Assembly: GCA_045535665.1 (NCBI GenBank)
Contig: JAZSMD010000012.1
Span: 4,451-68,450 of the forward strand
Direction: 5' to 3'
Length of the DNA stretch: 64,000 nucleotides
DNA from: Eubacteriales bacterium
GTDB taxonomy: Bacteria; Bacillota; Clostridia; Oscillospirales; UBA644
The notes under the pieces were generated by a model. It ran no database searches. It saw only the letters and a list, made by a program, of their open reading frames with translations, and was not told the DNA's origin. Position numbers and translations under genes: made by a program. Below, one piece after another: positions 63,701-64,000 of this stretch. Position 1 is the stretch's first letter. Every line of letters begins with the position of its first letter.

Positions 63701-63804
63701 CAAATATGCTCGAAGAAGTTATTGAAGAGCTTCCCGTTGTGAATAATTCCGTAGACCTTACTTTCAGACCTTTTGAAATCAAAACTTTGATGATTGAATA
63801 TTAA
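60715..63804 (+). CDS. GH38 alpha-mannosidase
   Basis: GHSHMDTAWLWP catalytic-site motif. 1029 aa with the GH38 N-terminal, central and C-terminal layout. No signal peptide. Confidence 0.9.
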   Translation: MLFKQYNDRLLAKLDKAFDRYHEKSYIKLYEAINVKKHITKEHLRTVPTKNWFKITKGESWGGSWMNMWVRFNVKVTSETAGIPLYFAPDMTYREGLVFVDGKPVGLLNNRDHFYHLITPGAPEGTEYDIAVEFYAGHPCAEADPYGFYGLEGDPGEYTQTYNSMNIYTVNSKLWKFSIDGKCLQQIAYYFDDSNGLKRSAREALEELYEILPVHPQFVTNEEIDGFIDKGIEIIDRFKTETKAVVEDKSRPTFGLIGHSHMDTAWLWPVDETIRKCARTYANALHMMELYPEYKFIQSSALHSEWMKDHYPSIFEEMKQRVAEGRYEPNGGVYVECDCNITSGESMIRQFLKGQMFTRENFGYTADSFWLPDTFGYSAAIPQIMKGSNVKYFNTTKIGWNDLNAPFVDTFKWRGLDGTEVLTHYNITHKHPNPQDFNTCEKLEIRCPQTGNKKFYAYGFGDGGGGPYAEMIEEARFSSEIEGMPNLYYSTVSDFMKDLEKDIDKYPTHTGELYLELHRGTLTQMHDIKRGNRKAEYALRDAEYFNVLSGVKKDPDADKKLKKLLKNQFHDILPGSSINEVNVQAIKEFNELISDYQALTAKYSEKLVNNNEKSVTVFNTLSFDRNDDIYLENVRGGVRGAKNQKFTDLKGKKITAVGGVKVPAFAAKTLELTDGYSKGKSAFVYDGTNLETPYAYVVFDENGAISSYINKKTGRQLKKADGESLNTFWLAEDVPNYWDNWDIDSDTFIKFKPEMRLVSRELVSEGSVQLRIRSVYKIGKKSTIKQDMIFHANSEQIDFHTIIDWDEPHTLLKVGFDVDIWSQSVKNEIQYGHVERPTTQNNSIEAAKFEVCNHKWTDISESRFGVAILNDCKYGISVENGNLRLTLHRGGRHPDTTNDRGVHEVTYSFLPHDGDLAAENVVQPSYMLNVPVVVAEGAAKNEKSFMEISAPNVICEAVKYAEYAEKTFVARLYECERNRTNTKVKFAKKVKKVYVSNMLEEVIEELPVVNNSVDLTFRPFEIKTLMIEY

Positions 63805-63878
63805 GCGTTGTGATTGCATTTAAAATTATTCGTTAAGTCAAATTTAATTTTACCCCTGAATCGGTTTTGAAAGGGGGT

Positions 63879-63916
63879 CGGGGAAAACTTTTTTTTCGTG
63901 AAAAAAGTTTTCCCCG
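63879..63916 (+). terminator. GGGGAAAACTTTT-family palindromic terminator (copy f)
   Basis: 16-bp perfect stem with loop TTCGTG, 75 nt after the GH38 stop. Confidence 0.65.
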
Positions 63917-63957
63917 ATAATTTATCCCTAACATCATTCTAAAGGAGATATGTTTTA

Positions 63958-64000
63958 TGAGAAAGAGAAAAGATTCGTTTTTTGGCTTACATTTTGATTT
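63958..64000 (+). CDS. start of an ORF running off the window (MRKRKDSFFGLHFD...)
   Basis: AAGGAG SD 8 nt upstream of ATG 63958. Only 14 codons are visible. Confidence 0.3.

Noticed and set aside
1-64000. Search for CRISPR arrays, rRNA/tRNA genes, transposases or integrases, prophage genes, toxin-antitoxin pairs and known defence-system signatures.
   Set aside because: None found by eye. There are no regularly spaced direct repeats, no recombinase, reverse-transcriptase or phage-structural motifs, and the only nuclease-helicase is a lone gene. I cannot run HMM searches, so remote homologues could be missed.

Overview
This looks like a low-GC Firmicutes (Clostridia-type) chromosomal segment. 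It is densely coded and made of short operons, many with near-consensus sigma-A promoters (TTGACA-17-TATAAT) and long hairpin terminators.

Housekeeping blocks:
- The complete rnfCDGEAB operon.
- A Bacillus-like syntenic run: yaaO-like decarboxylase, holB, yaaT/ricT, ferredoxin, tRNA m6A methyltransferase, rsmI, M23 peptidase, murA.
- secG, purC, pepF and putP.

These are interleaved with scattered glycan-utilisation genes:
- araB and a sugar-phosphate isomerase.
- GH106-like, GH39-like, GH36-like and GH38 hydrolases.
- An orphan solute-binding lipoprotein.
- Three paralogous DUF4838 lipoproteins.

Other content: two EamA and two MATE transporters, and four XRE-type HTH proteins, three of which are membrane-anchored.

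I found no rRNA, tRNA, CRISPR array, transposase, integrase or recognisable defence or toxin system. This is not an obvious mobile or defence island, and no finding below amounts to a demonstrated new multi-gene system.

The observations most worth follow-up are all inferences from sequence:
1. A 185-nt rod-shaped, 6S-like RNA candidate with its own promoter, in the 280-nt gap at 56269..56548.
2. A perfect 24-bp palindrome just downstream of two separate promoters, one of them driving a membrane-anchored XRE regulator. It is a putative operator and regulon link.
3. A sequence-conserved palindromic terminator family (GGGGAAAACTTTT...AAAAGTTTTCCCC) at six gene ends.
4. A promoter, 5' UTR and signal-peptide module shared by two unrelated lipoprotein genes, with a poly-G tract.
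5. A promoter-proximal terminator plus leader ORF in front of a MATE pump.
6. A small ORF interrupted at a G_GGA_AAA slippery site.
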